Positions 7,518 through 15,087 of a stretch of 21,151 nucleotides of DNA are shown in pieces. Origin of the DNA: an uncultured virus (IMG/VR IMGVR_UViG_2510065032_000001) (Duplodnaviria > Heunggongvirae > Uroviricota > Caudoviricetes). Every line of letters starts with the position of its first letter. Position 1 is the first letter of the stretch. Under the pieces are notes generated by a model. It made no database searches. It saw only the letters and a program-made list of their open reading frames with translations, and was not told the origin of the DNA. The position numbers and the translations under genes are program-made. The stretch lies in IMG/VR virus record IMGVR_UViG_2510065032_000001; one strand, written 5' to 3'.

Positions 7518-7529
7518 CGCCCCGCCGGG

Positions 7530-8261
7530 CTAGCCGACCCGGCTGGGCGAGACCTTGGGGAGCACGCGGGCCTCGAGCGCGGCGTGGACGCGCTCGTACT
7601 GCTCGAGGCTCAGCACCTCGAGCATGACCTCCTTGAGGGTTTCGGTGAGCGCCAAGAACGCCTCGAGCGCCTTGGCCTCGGCGTTCTTGGCGCGGGTCTC
7701 GGCGCGGGTCTTGATGGCGGCTACCACCCGGTAGGCGTGGTCGGAGACCTCGCGGGTGTACCCGCTGACGAAGGCGTGCGAGCGGTTGAGCTCGCCCAGG
7801 GTGCGCCCGATCTTCTCCAGCAGGTAGGGGTCGGGGGCGTCCTTGAGCATTTCGGCGTACTCCTGCACCCGCTTGTGGGCGGCCTCGAGGCTCTCCAGGG
7901 CCCCCTGGAACTGCTCCTCCTTCTCCAGCAGCGCCCACACCACGGCCTTGAGGGTCGCCAGCTCCTCGTCGGAGTCGTCGAGGGCGCGCCCGCTGGCGTG
8001 CACGAGCTCACGCAGCTCCTGGATTTTGCTCTTGCCGCTCCTGGAGTACAGCCCGTGGGTCAGGCGGGCGGTGGTGGGGTCGGCCCTCGAGCCCTCCTTG
8101 ACCCGCTTGGCGCTGCCGGGCCCGTGCTTCCAGCACTTGTCGAAGCCCTTGCGGGCGGGCTGGGAGCACTGCTTGCCGCCCCGGACCGCCTGGCAGCGGG
8201 GCATCCGCTTGCCCATGCGGCTGAGGAAGGGCTCGAGGGGCGGGTCACGGTCTTTGGACAT
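7530..8261 (-). CDS. terS: Putative terminase small subunit (HGGxSTG-like Zn-binding N-terminus plus helical/coiled-coil body), 243 aa
   Basis: RCQAVRGGKQCSQPARKGFDKCWKHGPGS...THGLYS; immediately upstream of terL; GGAG RBS 6 nt before ATG 8261. Confidence 0.7.
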   Translation of the reverse strand: MSKDRDPPLEPFLSRMGKRMPRCQAVRGGKQCSQPARKGFDKCWKHGPGSAKRVKEGSRADPTTARLTHGLYSRSGKSKIQELRELVHASGRALDDSDEELATLKAVVWALLEKEEQFQGALESLEAAHKRVQEYAEMLKDAPDPYLLEKIGRTLGELNRSHAFVSGYTREVSDHAYRVVAAIKTRAETRAKNAEAKALEAFLALTETLKEVMLEVLSLEQYERVHAALEARVLPKVSPSRVG

Positions 8262-8301
8262 GGGCATCTCCGAACGGCGCGGGCACACGGGGATGCCCGC
8301 C

Positions 8302-8415
8302 CCCCTTAGAGGCTGCCACGCTCCAAGGGTCAGGGCCTCGAGTCCCCCCTTGGAGGGGCTTGGAGGGGCTTGGAGCAGCAAGGGCCCCCTGGAAGCTCCA
8401 AGGGGCTCTAAGGGG
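8302..8415. repeat. Field of ~10-bp CTT(G/A)GAG-core repeats in both orientations
   Basis: CCCCTTAGAG at 8302, CTCCAAGGG at 8321, CTTGGAGGGG at 8349 and 8359, CTTGGAG at 8369, CTCCAAGGGG at 8396, CTCTAAGGGG at 8406. Confidence 0.85.
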
Positions 8416-8489
8416 ACGGGCGGGGCTAGGGGGCGCCCTGGGCGGCCAGCTCCCCGGCCAGCTCCACCGAGGCGTTGACGCAACGCCAA

Positions 8490-8516
8490 GAGCCCTCCGG
8501 GGGTGCCGGAGGGCTC
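8490..8516 (-). terminator. Perfect 11-bp hairpin, probable terminator between early genes and terS
   Basis: GAGCCCTCCGG-GGGTG-CCGGAGGGCTC, 17 nt after the stop at 8534; weak U-tract. An adjacent 7-bp hairpin GGCGTTG-ACG-CAACGCC spans 8471-8487. Confidence 0.6.
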
Positions 8517-8533
8517 CTCGTGTCGGGGCGCGG

Positions 8534-8767
8534 CTACCCCTCGGGCCAGACCCGCACCTCCAGGGTGCCGTCGCCCCTGGCGGTGACCTCCACGCCGCAC
8601 CCCCGGCCCTGCGAGCCCAGCAGGCGGTCCAACTCCGCCCGAGCGGAGTCGCGCACCTGGGTGAGGACGTCCGGGGTGGCGAGTCGGCCTCCGTAGCGGC
8701 GCAGCAGGAAGCCCTCGAGGTGGGCCGCGAGGGCCTCGAGGGTTGGGCGGGATTCGCTCTGTGACAT
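8534..8767 (-). CDS. 77 aa hypothetical protein
   Basis: GGAGG RBS upstream; typical composition. Confidence 0.7.
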   Translation of the reverse strand: MSQSESRPTLEALAAHLEGFLLRRYGGRLATPDVLTQVRDSARAELDRLLGSQGRGCGVEVTARGDGTLEVRVWPEG

Positions 8768-8770
8768 GCT

Positions 8771-8929
8771 CTACCTCCGTGACCGGGGCGGCCGGTTGAG
8801 GACCACCCCGGACACCGCCTGCGACTCGGCGGCAGAGAAGGCAGGGGCGATGGCGGTGCGGGTGATCCTGTGGACCGGGGGGGTGGGGGTGGGGGCGGGG
8901 ATGGGGTTGGTAGCGCCGTCAACTTCCAT
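8771..8929 (-). CDS. 52 aa Pro-rich hypothetical peptide
   Basis: Strong RBS AAGGAGGT before ATG 8929; fills the gap between neighbours. Confidence 0.5.
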   Translation of the reverse strand: MEVDGATNPIPAPTPTPPVHRITRTAIAPAFSAAESQAVSGVVLNRPPRSRR

Positions 8930-8939
8930 ACGGACCTCC

Positions 8940-9419
8940 TTAGGGCTCCCCCTGGTCGTAGCCGGGGGGTATCTCGCCCTTGAGATAGGCTTCGGTGAGC
9001 TCCTTGGCCTTCTGCCAGTCGTCGAGGACCACCGCCAGGTTGCCGTGCTCCCGCAGGAGCCGGATTTTGCGCGCCTGCTCGGGGCTGGGCTTACCGCCCG
9101 GGCGCTTGAACTCGATGTAGAGGCTGGCGTAGCCCCCCCGGGGCACCGGCAAATGCGTGTCGGGGATGCCCTCACGCAGCCCGTCCAGAACGGCGTTCCG
9201 CGCGCGTATCATCCGGCGGCGGGCGGTGGGGGAGTAGGCGCGGCCCGTGGCGGCCCTGGACTCGGCCAGCTCCCGGCGTTCCTGCTGCCAGTCGCCCATG
9301 TAGGCGCCGTTGGGGATGGCGTGGAAGAGCTCGAGCTCGGGGTAGCGGGCGGTCGCCAGCGCGACCCACTGGAAGAAGGTGCGCTGGATGTCGCGCTCGC
9401 TGGGGGCGGGAGGCTTCAC
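8940..9419 (-). CDS. VRR-NUC family (PD-(D/E)xK) nuclease / putative Holliday junction resolvase, 159 aa
   Basis: SERDIQ...FHAIPNG...GLREGIPD...LYIEFKRPGGKPSPEQ; GTG start coupled to the upstream stop. Confidence 0.9.
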   Translation of the reverse strand: MKPPAPSERDIQRTFFQWVALATARYPELELFHAIPNGAYMGDWQQERRELAESRAATGRAYSPTARRRMIRARNAVLDGLREGIPDTHLPVPRGGYASLYIEFKRPGGKPSPEQARKIRLLREHGNLAVVLDDWQKAKELTEAYLKGEIPPGYDQGEP

Positions 9420-10171
9420 GGGCGGCCTCCGGCGTCGGGGCCGGGCCGGGCGTCGGAGGCCAGCTCGGGGGGCACGTAGCCCATCACCCTCCCCCCCCGG
9501 CGCACCAGGGCCAGGCGGCCCGCGCGGTGGGCGCGGCGGCGCACGCGCTCCTGGTCGCGCTCGGTGGGCAGGGACTTGAGGGGTATCCAGCCCGCGGGGG
9601 GGCGGGGGGCGAAGCGGCGGGCGTGCCAGTCGGCCACCCGCCGGGCGGCCTCGGGCTCGAAGAGCAGGCGGCCCAGGCGCCCCTGAAGGCGGGGGACAGC
9701 CTGCACGCGGGCGGCCAGGGAGCCGGGGGCGGGGTCTTGCTGGCGCACCAGATCGTTGAGGCTGCGGCGGTTGCGCAGGCCCAGCAGCGCGGCGAACCGG
9801 GCGCTGTCGAGCCAGTGGGCGTGGGCGCGCTCGGCCTCGAGGCGCTGCTGGCTGCGGGCGATGTAGGCCGCGGCCCAGGCTTTGGGCACCACCGCCACGC
9901 CGGGGCGGGGGCGGGAGATCACCCCCGCGTCCTTGGCGGCCTCCCACACCGCGCGCTTGCTCAGGCCCGACTCGAGCACCACCTCCTCCAGGCGCACGGT
10001 GTTGCGCGAGCGCGAGGGGAGGTGGGCGCCGAGCTTGTAGGCGCGGGCGCGCACGCCGCTGAGGGTGCGCCCGGGCAGGCGCTCGAGGCAGTAGCGCGCG
10101 CCGCGGCTGGCGTAGAAGCGGCGGATGATGGCCTCCTCGGCCTCGGTCCAGTGGGGGGCCCGCGCGCTCAT
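9416..10171 (-). CDS. 251 aa multi-HTH DNA-binding protein with N-terminal Myb/SANT-like domain
   Basis: HWTEAEEAIIRRFY...LPGRTLSGVRARAYKLG, then further HTH-like segments (LEEVVLESGLSKRAVW, WLDSARFAALLGL). ATG coupled to the dnaN stop. Confidence 0.7.
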   Translation of the reverse strand: MSARAPHWTEAEEAIIRRFYASRGARYCLERLPGRTLSGVRARAYKLGAHLPSRSRNTVRLEEVVLESGLSKRAVWEAAKDAGVISRPRPGVAVVPKAWAAAYIARSQQRLEAERAHAHWLDSARFAALLGLRNRRSLNDLVRQQDPAPGSLAARVQAVPRLQGRLGRLLFEPEAARRVADWHARRFAPRPPAGWIPLKSLPTERDQERVRRRAHRAGRLALVRRGGRVMGYVPPELASDARPGPDAGGRP

Positions 10172-11280
10172 ACCCGCAGCGGCACCACGACCGCGACCGC
10201 CGAGGCTTCGCGCAGCGCGCTGGGGGCGAGGCCGTTCCACTCCCACTCCAGGGTGTCGGCGCCGAGGTGGGCGAGGGCCTCGAGGACGTACTCGCCGTTC
10301 ATGGGCGCCAGCGTCGCCTCGGGGTTGAGCTGGGCCACCGTCACCGCGATCTGGTCCACGCCCTGCCCGTACTCGTTCCGGCAGGAGATCACCAGGGTGT
10401 TCTCCTCGGGGTTGAGCTGGAAGTCGAGCCGCCTGTAAAGGCCCTCGGCCAGGGGCATCAGGCGCCGGATCACCGCCATCAGCTCGGCGCGGGGCACCTC
10501 GAGGACCGTGGTGGCCGCGCCGCGGGCCGGGATGATGCGGTGGTAGTCGGGGAACTCGCCCTCCAGCAGCTTGAAGGTGGCGGTGTAGTCCTTGCCGTGG
10601 GCGCGCACCTTGCCCCGCCCCAGCTCCAGGCGCGCCTCGCCCTCGCCCTTGCCCAGCAGCCCCTTGAGCAGGGTGGAGGAGCGGTAGGGCAGCACGAAGG
10701 GCGCGGCCTCGCCGCTGGCCTCGCCCTCGACGTAGGCCAGGCGGTAGCCGTCGGAGGCCACCAGCCGCAGCCTGGCGGGCCCGCCGGGGGCCGCCGGGCG
10801 CACCTCGAACTGGATGCCCTGGAAGATGCCGCGGTAGGCCTCGCGGCTGGCGGCGTACTCGACCTCCAGCAGCTCGGCCAGCCGCGCCGCCTGCACGCGC
10901 AGCTCGCCCCTGGGGTCGATGGGCTCGAGCAGGTCGGGGTAGTCCTCGGCCCCGATGAGGCTGAAGGTGGCGCGGATTTTGCCCGAGCGCACCTCCAGGC
11001 CCTCGCTCGCGCGGGAGAGGTCGATGGCGTCGGGCCCCAGGTTGGCGAGGAACTGCCCGAAGGTGGCGAAGGGCAGGCAGAAGGCGGCCTCGTCGCCGCC
11101 CAGGTCGAGCCGGGGGAGGGAGAACACCAGATCGTGCTCGCCGTCGGTGCCACCGACGAGCACCTTCTCGGCCCGCGGCTGCACCCACAGGTGGGTGAGC
11201 AGGGGGTTGGACTGGCGGGGCCGGATCACCCGGCCCAGGGCCTGCACCGCGTTCTGAAGGGGTTTGCTGGGTACTTGCAT
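10168..11280 (-). CDS. dnaN: DNA polymerase III beta sliding clamp (phage-encoded)
   Basis: 370 aa; SNPLL, GTDGEHDL, LVASDGYRLAY, LLEGEFPDYHRIIP, YVLEAL, VVVPLRV. AGGAGG RBS. Confidence 0.93.
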   Translation of the reverse strand: MQVPSKPLQNAVQALGRVIRPRQSNPLLTHLWVQPRAEKVLVGGTDGEHDLVFSLPRLDLGGDEAAFCLPFATFGQFLANLGPDAIDLSRASEGLEVRSGKIRATFSLIGAEDYPDLLEPIDPRGELRVQAARLAELLEVEYAASREAYRGIFQGIQFEVRPAAPGGPARLRLVASDGYRLAYVEGEASGEAAPFVLPYRSSTLLKGLLGKGEGEARLELGRGKVRAHGKDYTATFKLLEGEFPDYHRIIPARGAATTVLEVPRAELMAVIRRLMPLAEGLYRRLDFQLNPEENTLVISCRNEYGQGVDQIAVTVAQLNPEATLAPMNGEYVLEALAHLGADTLEWEWNGLAPSALREASAVAVVVPLRV

Positions 11281-11315
11281 GGCTCCTCCTATGGGGGTTG
11301 GCTGGGTTCGAAGGG

Positions 11316-12071
11316 CTAAAAGGGCAGGTCTTCCTCGGGGGGGAAGCCCTCATCCTCGAGGCCCTCGTCGATGTCGGGGGCGGGTTTTTTCTCCCGGGGC
11401 TGACCCTGGCCCTGGCCCCTAGCGCCGACGCCGTGCAGGGGGGTGAGGGCGTCCACCTCCAGGCGGGTGACGTAGCGCTTCTGGCCGTCCTGCTCCCAGG
11501 AGTCGGTCTTGAGGGCCCCGGCCACCTGGAGGGGCTGGCCCTTGCGGGCTTCGGCCAGGCGCGCGGCCACCTCGTGCCAGGCTTCGAGCTCGAAGAAGTG
11601 GCCCACGCTCTCCTTGCGGGCGCTGTTGTAGACGTTGACGGCCAGCGCCGCGCGGGTCACGGCGTTGCCCTGGGGGGTGTGGCGCGCCTCGGGGTCGCGG
11701 GCGAGGTTGCCGATGAGGAAGGCGCGGTTGACGCAGCCCTCGAGCAGCGGGCCGTACTGGCCCTCGGCCACCCTGGGGGCCTCGAGGCGGTAGACCTCGC
11801 TGAACACCGCGTCCACCCGCGAGCGCTTCTGGCCGTCCTGCTCCCAGGAGCGGTACTCGAGGGCGCCCGCGCAGTACAGCGCGTCGCCGTCGCGTAGGGC
11901 CTCGCTCAGCGCCTCGGCGCGCTTGCCCAGCACCTTGCCGCGCACCAGCGAGAACAGCTCCCGCCCCCCCGCGCTGCGCCTGCCCGCGAGGGTCAGCTCG
12001 AGGATCGGCGTCCCCTGGGGGGTGTAGCGCAGCTCGACCTTGGCACAGCCACTTGCGACGAATAGGTTCAC
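11316..12071 (-). CDS. ssb: Single-stranded DNA-binding protein, tandem-OB Deinococcus-Thermus type
   Basis: Two OB folds (ELRYTPQG...GALEYRSWE; NRAFLIGNLARDPEARHTPQG...DSWE) and acidic tail DIDEGLEDEGFPPEEDLPF. AAGGAGG RBS. Confidence 0.95.
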   Translation of the reverse strand: MNLFVASGCAKVELRYTPQGTPILELTLAGRRSAGGRELFSLVRGKVLGKRAEALSEALRDGDALYCAGALEYRSWEQDGQKRSRVDAVFSEVYRLEAPRVAEGQYGPLLEGCVNRAFLIGNLARDPEARHTPQGNAVTRAALAVNVYNSARKESVGHFFELEAWHEVAARLAEARKGQPLQVAGALKTDSWEQDGQKRYVTRLEVDALTPLHGVGARGQGQGQPREKKPAPDIDEGLEDEGFPPEEDLPF

Positions 12072-12100
12072 TTTGTCCTCCTTTTTAGACGTGCTTTATT

Positions 12101-12946
12101 TCAAGAAAGCCCGTGATGGTCCACGCAGCGCGGCCCCTTGAGGTCTTTGTGCCCCAGCCCGCAGCCGCCCAGGGCGGGGTCGTAGAACACGCATTGGCAG
12201 GGGTTGAGGGCGTCGCGGCCCCGCGCCACCGCCTCACGCCCGAAGACCTCCTCGAGCAGCCGCTCGGGGATGAGCCATTCCCCCTCGAGGCGGGGGTGGG
12301 GCAGCACCTGGAGCCCGCGCGCGCGGCCCACCTGCCGCAGCAGGGGCACTAGGTCCGAGCGCAGCCGGTTGACCCCGGCGTGGCGCGCGATGCGCACCGC
12401 GTGGGAGCCCAGCACCACCGGGCCCGGGTCGTCGAGGGCGATCCAGGAGCCCCAGCCCGTCAGCCGCACCCGCAGGCGCAGCCCGGCGGGGGTGGTCAGC
12501 CAGTAGCCGCCCGCGGCGTGGCTCAGCTCGCCCTCGTACACCGCCAGGTGGCCCTGGGCGCTCTCCTTGGGGGCGGGCAGGGCCAGGAAGCGGACGCCCC
12601 AGTCCTTGAGCAGGTGGTAGAGCTGGGAGGGCGAGAAGCCCAGCTCGGCCTCGACCTCGGCCACCGAGCCTGCGCGCGCCAGCAGGCCGTAGAGGGTCAG
12701 CCCCTTGTGCTGGGCCCACCACGCGGTGGCCTCACGGCTGTTGGCCTCGCCGCGGGGACGCCCGGCCCGCACCGCGCGCACGGCCAGGTCGGGGGGCATC
12801 CGGCGGGCGGCCTCGAGCACCGCGCCGACCAGCGCGGGGTGGTCGGCGGCGTTCAGCCACTCGGGCCAGCGGATCAGGTGCTCCCACAGCAGGCCGCACG
12901 CCCAAGCCGGGGCCGACGCCGAGGCCGGGGCCAGCGCCCCCCTCAC
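12101..12946 (-). CDS. 281 aa protein with central HTH and C-terminal Cys/His cluster
   Basis: GSVAEVEAELGFSPSQLYHLLKDWGV (HTH) and CQCVFY...GCGLGH...RCVDH; GTG coupled to the upstream stop. Confidence 0.65.
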   Translation of the reverse strand: MRGALAPASASAPAWACGLLWEHLIRWPEWLNAADHPALVGAVLEAARRMPPDLAVRAVRAGRPRGEANSREATAWWAQHKGLTLYGLLARAGSVAEVEAELGFSPSQLYHLLKDWGVRFLALPAPKESAQGHLAVYEGELSHAAGGYWLTTPAGLRLRVRLTGWGSWIALDDPGPVVLGSHAVRIARHAGVNRLRSDLVPLLRQVGRARGLQVLPHPRLEGEWLIPERLLEEVFGREAVARGRDALNPCQCVFYDPALGGCGLGHKDLKGPRCVDHHGLS

Positions 12947-13305
12947 GCCTCCCCCCAGTCCCACCGGAAGCGGGGCCGCAGCACCCCCAGCGCGTAGGCG
13001 CGGGGGTCGCGGCACTCCTGCTGCCACAGTGCGCGCACCTCGAGGGCGGCGCCGAGCAGGGCGAAGTCGTGGATCACGACCTCGTACAGCCCCCTTTCGT
13101 CGCGCTCGGGGCGCCAGCGGGCCTCGATGCCGTCGTCGCGCAGCCACAGCGCCAGGCTGACCGCCTGCCAGACGCTGTGGGCGCGGTACACCAGCACCCG
13201 CCCCGCGCCCCGGGAGCGGGGCTTCTTGACGCGGGGGCGGCGGGGGCGCTCGCGCCGCATGGGTTCGTGCGGCGGCAGGGACTCCAGGCGCTCGAGGGGG
13301 GTCAC
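12943..13305 (-). CDS. 120 aa hypothetical protein
   Basis: GTGA coupling at both ends; GGAGG RBS. Confidence 0.7.
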   Translation of the reverse strand: MTPLERLESLPPHEPMRRERPRRPRVKKPRSRGAGRVLVYRAHSVWQAVSLALWLRDDGIEARWRPERDERGLYEVVIHDFALLGAALEVRALWQQECRDPRAYALGVLRPRFRWDWGEA

Positions 13306-13724
13306 GGCGCCACCTCGAGCGCGCCCAGCACCCGCCGTTGTACGGGCCCGCCCTTCCAGCCCGCCCAGTCGGGGCCCACCAGCTCGACCCTCGAGCCCCG
13401 CACCCGGCAGGCGTAGGCCCGCATGTCCCCGCCTTGGCTGAAGCGCAGCATGGCCTGGCCGCAGGCGTTCATGTACGCCACGCTGGGGCGCTCCTCGACC
13501 CTGACCCGCCCCCTGGGTAGGGCCAGGGGCTCGGGCGCGGTTTTAGGGGCATCCTGGAGCCCCAGGAGGTAGCCCGCGCTCAAGCCCGACGCCGCGCCCA
13601 GGGCCCAGAGGAGTGCGGCGAGGCGCGCCCAGGTGGTAGAGTGGGCGCGGGATGTGGCTGCATCCCCTTTCCTGAGCCCCAGGCCGACGCCTGGGGTTTC
13701 GCCTTCGCTTCGGGCCGGGTTCAT
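13302..13724 (-). CDS. 140 aa membrane-anchored hypothetical protein, leaderless first gene of the leftward operon
   Basis: ATG 7 nt after -10 TAGATT; hydrophobic stretch LAALLWALGAASGLSAGYLLG. Confidence 0.65.
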   Translation of the reverse strand: MNPARSEGETPGVGLGLRKGDAATSRAHSTTWARLAALLWALGAASGLSAGYLLGLQDAPKTAPEPLALPRGRVRVEERPSVAYMNACGQAMLRFSQGGDMRAYACRVRGSRVELVGPDWAGWKGGPVQRRVLGALEVAP

Positions 13725-13731
13725 GCTGTCC

Positions 13732-13761
13732 AATCTACAGGACAAAATAACTTGAAGTCAA
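13732..13761 (-). promoter_or_regulatory. Strong leftward sigma-70-like promoter
   Basis: TTGACT-N18-TAGATT-N7-ATG. Confidence 0.75.
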
Positions 13762-13841
13762 TAATCCCTTCGACATCAGCCCGCAGAGGCCAGGATGCCG
13801 CCCCCGCCCGCCGTCCGGGGGCGGCTCGAGGACAGCTCCCC

Positions 13842-13870
13842 TTGACTGGCTTTCCGGGAAACAGTACGTT
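13842..13870 (+). promoter_or_regulatory. Rightward promoter of the replication operon, with a palindrome in its spacer
   Basis: TTGACT-N17-TACGTT; TTTCC-G-GGAAA at 13851-13861; ATG 9 nt downstream. Confidence 0.75.
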
Positions 13871-13879
13871 TAGGGGGCT

Positions 13880-14131
13880 ATGGACATCGAGCGGATGCGG
13901 GCCCTGGGGCCCTTCGGCTTTTTCGTCCTCGAGGCCCTCAAGCGGCTCGAGGCGCAGTCCCACAACGGCTTCATCACCCTGGGCGGGCGCGACATCGCCC
14001 GGATGATCGGGCTGGGCAACGGCACGGTCTATCAGGAGCTCCAGAAGCTCGAGCGGCTGGGGCTGCTCGAGCGGGTCCAGCGGGGGCGGCGGATTTGGTA
14101 TCGGCTCATCCCGCAGCAGAGGGCCGCATGA
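13880..14131 (+). CDS. 83 aa winged-HTH protein
   Basis: GGRDIARMIGLGNGTVYQELQKLERLGLLERVQRGRRIWYRL. Confidence 0.85.
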   Translation: MDIERMRALGPFGFFVLEALKRLEAQSHNGFITLGGRDIARMIGLGNGTVYQELQKLERLGLLERVQRGRRIWYRLIPQQRAA

Positions 14132-15087
14132 GCGCCCAGCGCTTCACCACCATCCGGCGCTCGAGGCCGGAGCGGGATTTTTTCCTGATGCGCAACAGCG
14201 TCGCCCAGGACAAATCACTCACCCCCGAGGCCCTGGGCGTCCTGGTGTACCTGCTGTCGCAGCCGTGCGACTGGCGGGTGAAGCTCGAGGACATCACGGG
14301 CTTCCGCGCCACCGGGCGCGACCGGGCCTACCGCATCCTGCGCGAGCTGCTCGAGGCCCGCTACATCGTGCGCGAGACCCTGCGCGCCGAGGGCGGGCAG
14401 ATCGTGGGCGTGGAGTACGTGGTCTACGACGAGCGCCAGCCGGTTACGGAAAATCAGGAAGAAGTGACGGAGACACTTCTTCCTGAAAAGCCGGACACGG
14501 CAAAGCCGCATACGGCAAACCCGGACACGGCTGAGCCGGACACGGCAAACCCGGACGCATACAAAGACAGAGTTAAACAAAGCACGAAAATTACAAAGAC
14601 GGATGATGATGGTGTCGCGCGCGCGCGCGAAGAAAAACCGGAGGTAACCCCCCCGCCCCCCGCCGGGCGCGCTGGCGAGGGGAGTGAGCCGCCCCCGCAA
14701 GCCCAAGAACCGCCCGCCGACCCCTTCAAGTCTTCCCCGGCCACTCGTGACGAGTTTCACTTGTTGCGGGAGCTCGAGGCCCTGGGTCTGACCCGCGAGG
14801 GCAACCCCATGTCGCAGTGGGCCTGGCACTGCCACGGCACCGGCATGAGCCGCGCCACCCGCCAGCAGCTCATGAGCGACTTCGCCGCCCTCACCCGGCG
14901 GCACGGGCTGGCGGCGGTGGCCGAGGCGGTGCGCGACACCATCCGCGCGGGGTCGAAGAGCTGGCGCTACCTGCTGCGCGTCCTCGAGGGGCAGGGCCAG
15001 CCCCAGCCCCAAGCCCAGCCCCGGCGCCCCCAGCCGGGCCGCGCCCACGACATGAGCCCCGAAGCCTACGAGAGGGAGAGCCTATGA
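14128..15087 (+). CDS. Phage replication initiator (N-terminal wHTH, internal repeats, DnaD-like C-terminal helical region), 319 aa
   Basis: FFLMRNSVAQDKSLTPEALGVLVYLLSQPCDW...GRDRAYRILRELLEARYI and KSWRYLLRVLE; directly upstream of the loader ATPase. Confidence 0.85.
   Translation: MSAQRFTTIRRSRPERDFFLMRNSVAQDKSLTPEALGVLVYLLSQPCDWRVKLEDITGFRATGRDRAYRILRELLEARYIVRETLRAEGGQIVGVEYVVYDERQPVTENQEEVTETLLPEKPDTAKPHTANPDTAEPDTANPDAYKDRVKQSTKITKTDDDGVARAREEKPEVTPPPPAGRAGEGSEPPPQAQEPPADPFKSSPATRDEFHLLRELEALGLTREGNPMSQWAWHCHGTGMSRATRQQLMSDFAALTRRHGLAAVAEAVRDTIRAGSKSWRYLLRVLEGQGQPQPQAQPRRPQPGRAHDMSPEAYERESL
14491..14620 (+). repeat. Five 15-bp tandem iterons (CCGGACACGGCAAAC consensus; last one partial) plus an A-rich tract; probable replication origin
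   Basis: Units start at 14491, 14506, 14521, 14536 and 14551, followed by acaaagacagagttaaacaaagcacgaaaattacaaagac. Confidence 0.8.

Noticed and set aside
5181..7627. 737 aa (+) and 515 aa (-) ORFs overlapping terL
   Set aside because: Shadow or alternative frames with no motifs; the terL frame carries all the conserved motifs.
14491..14562. Tandem repeats as a possible CRISPR array or DGR
   Set aside because: The units are contiguous 15-mers with no spacers; no cas or reverse transcriptase genes are present in the window.
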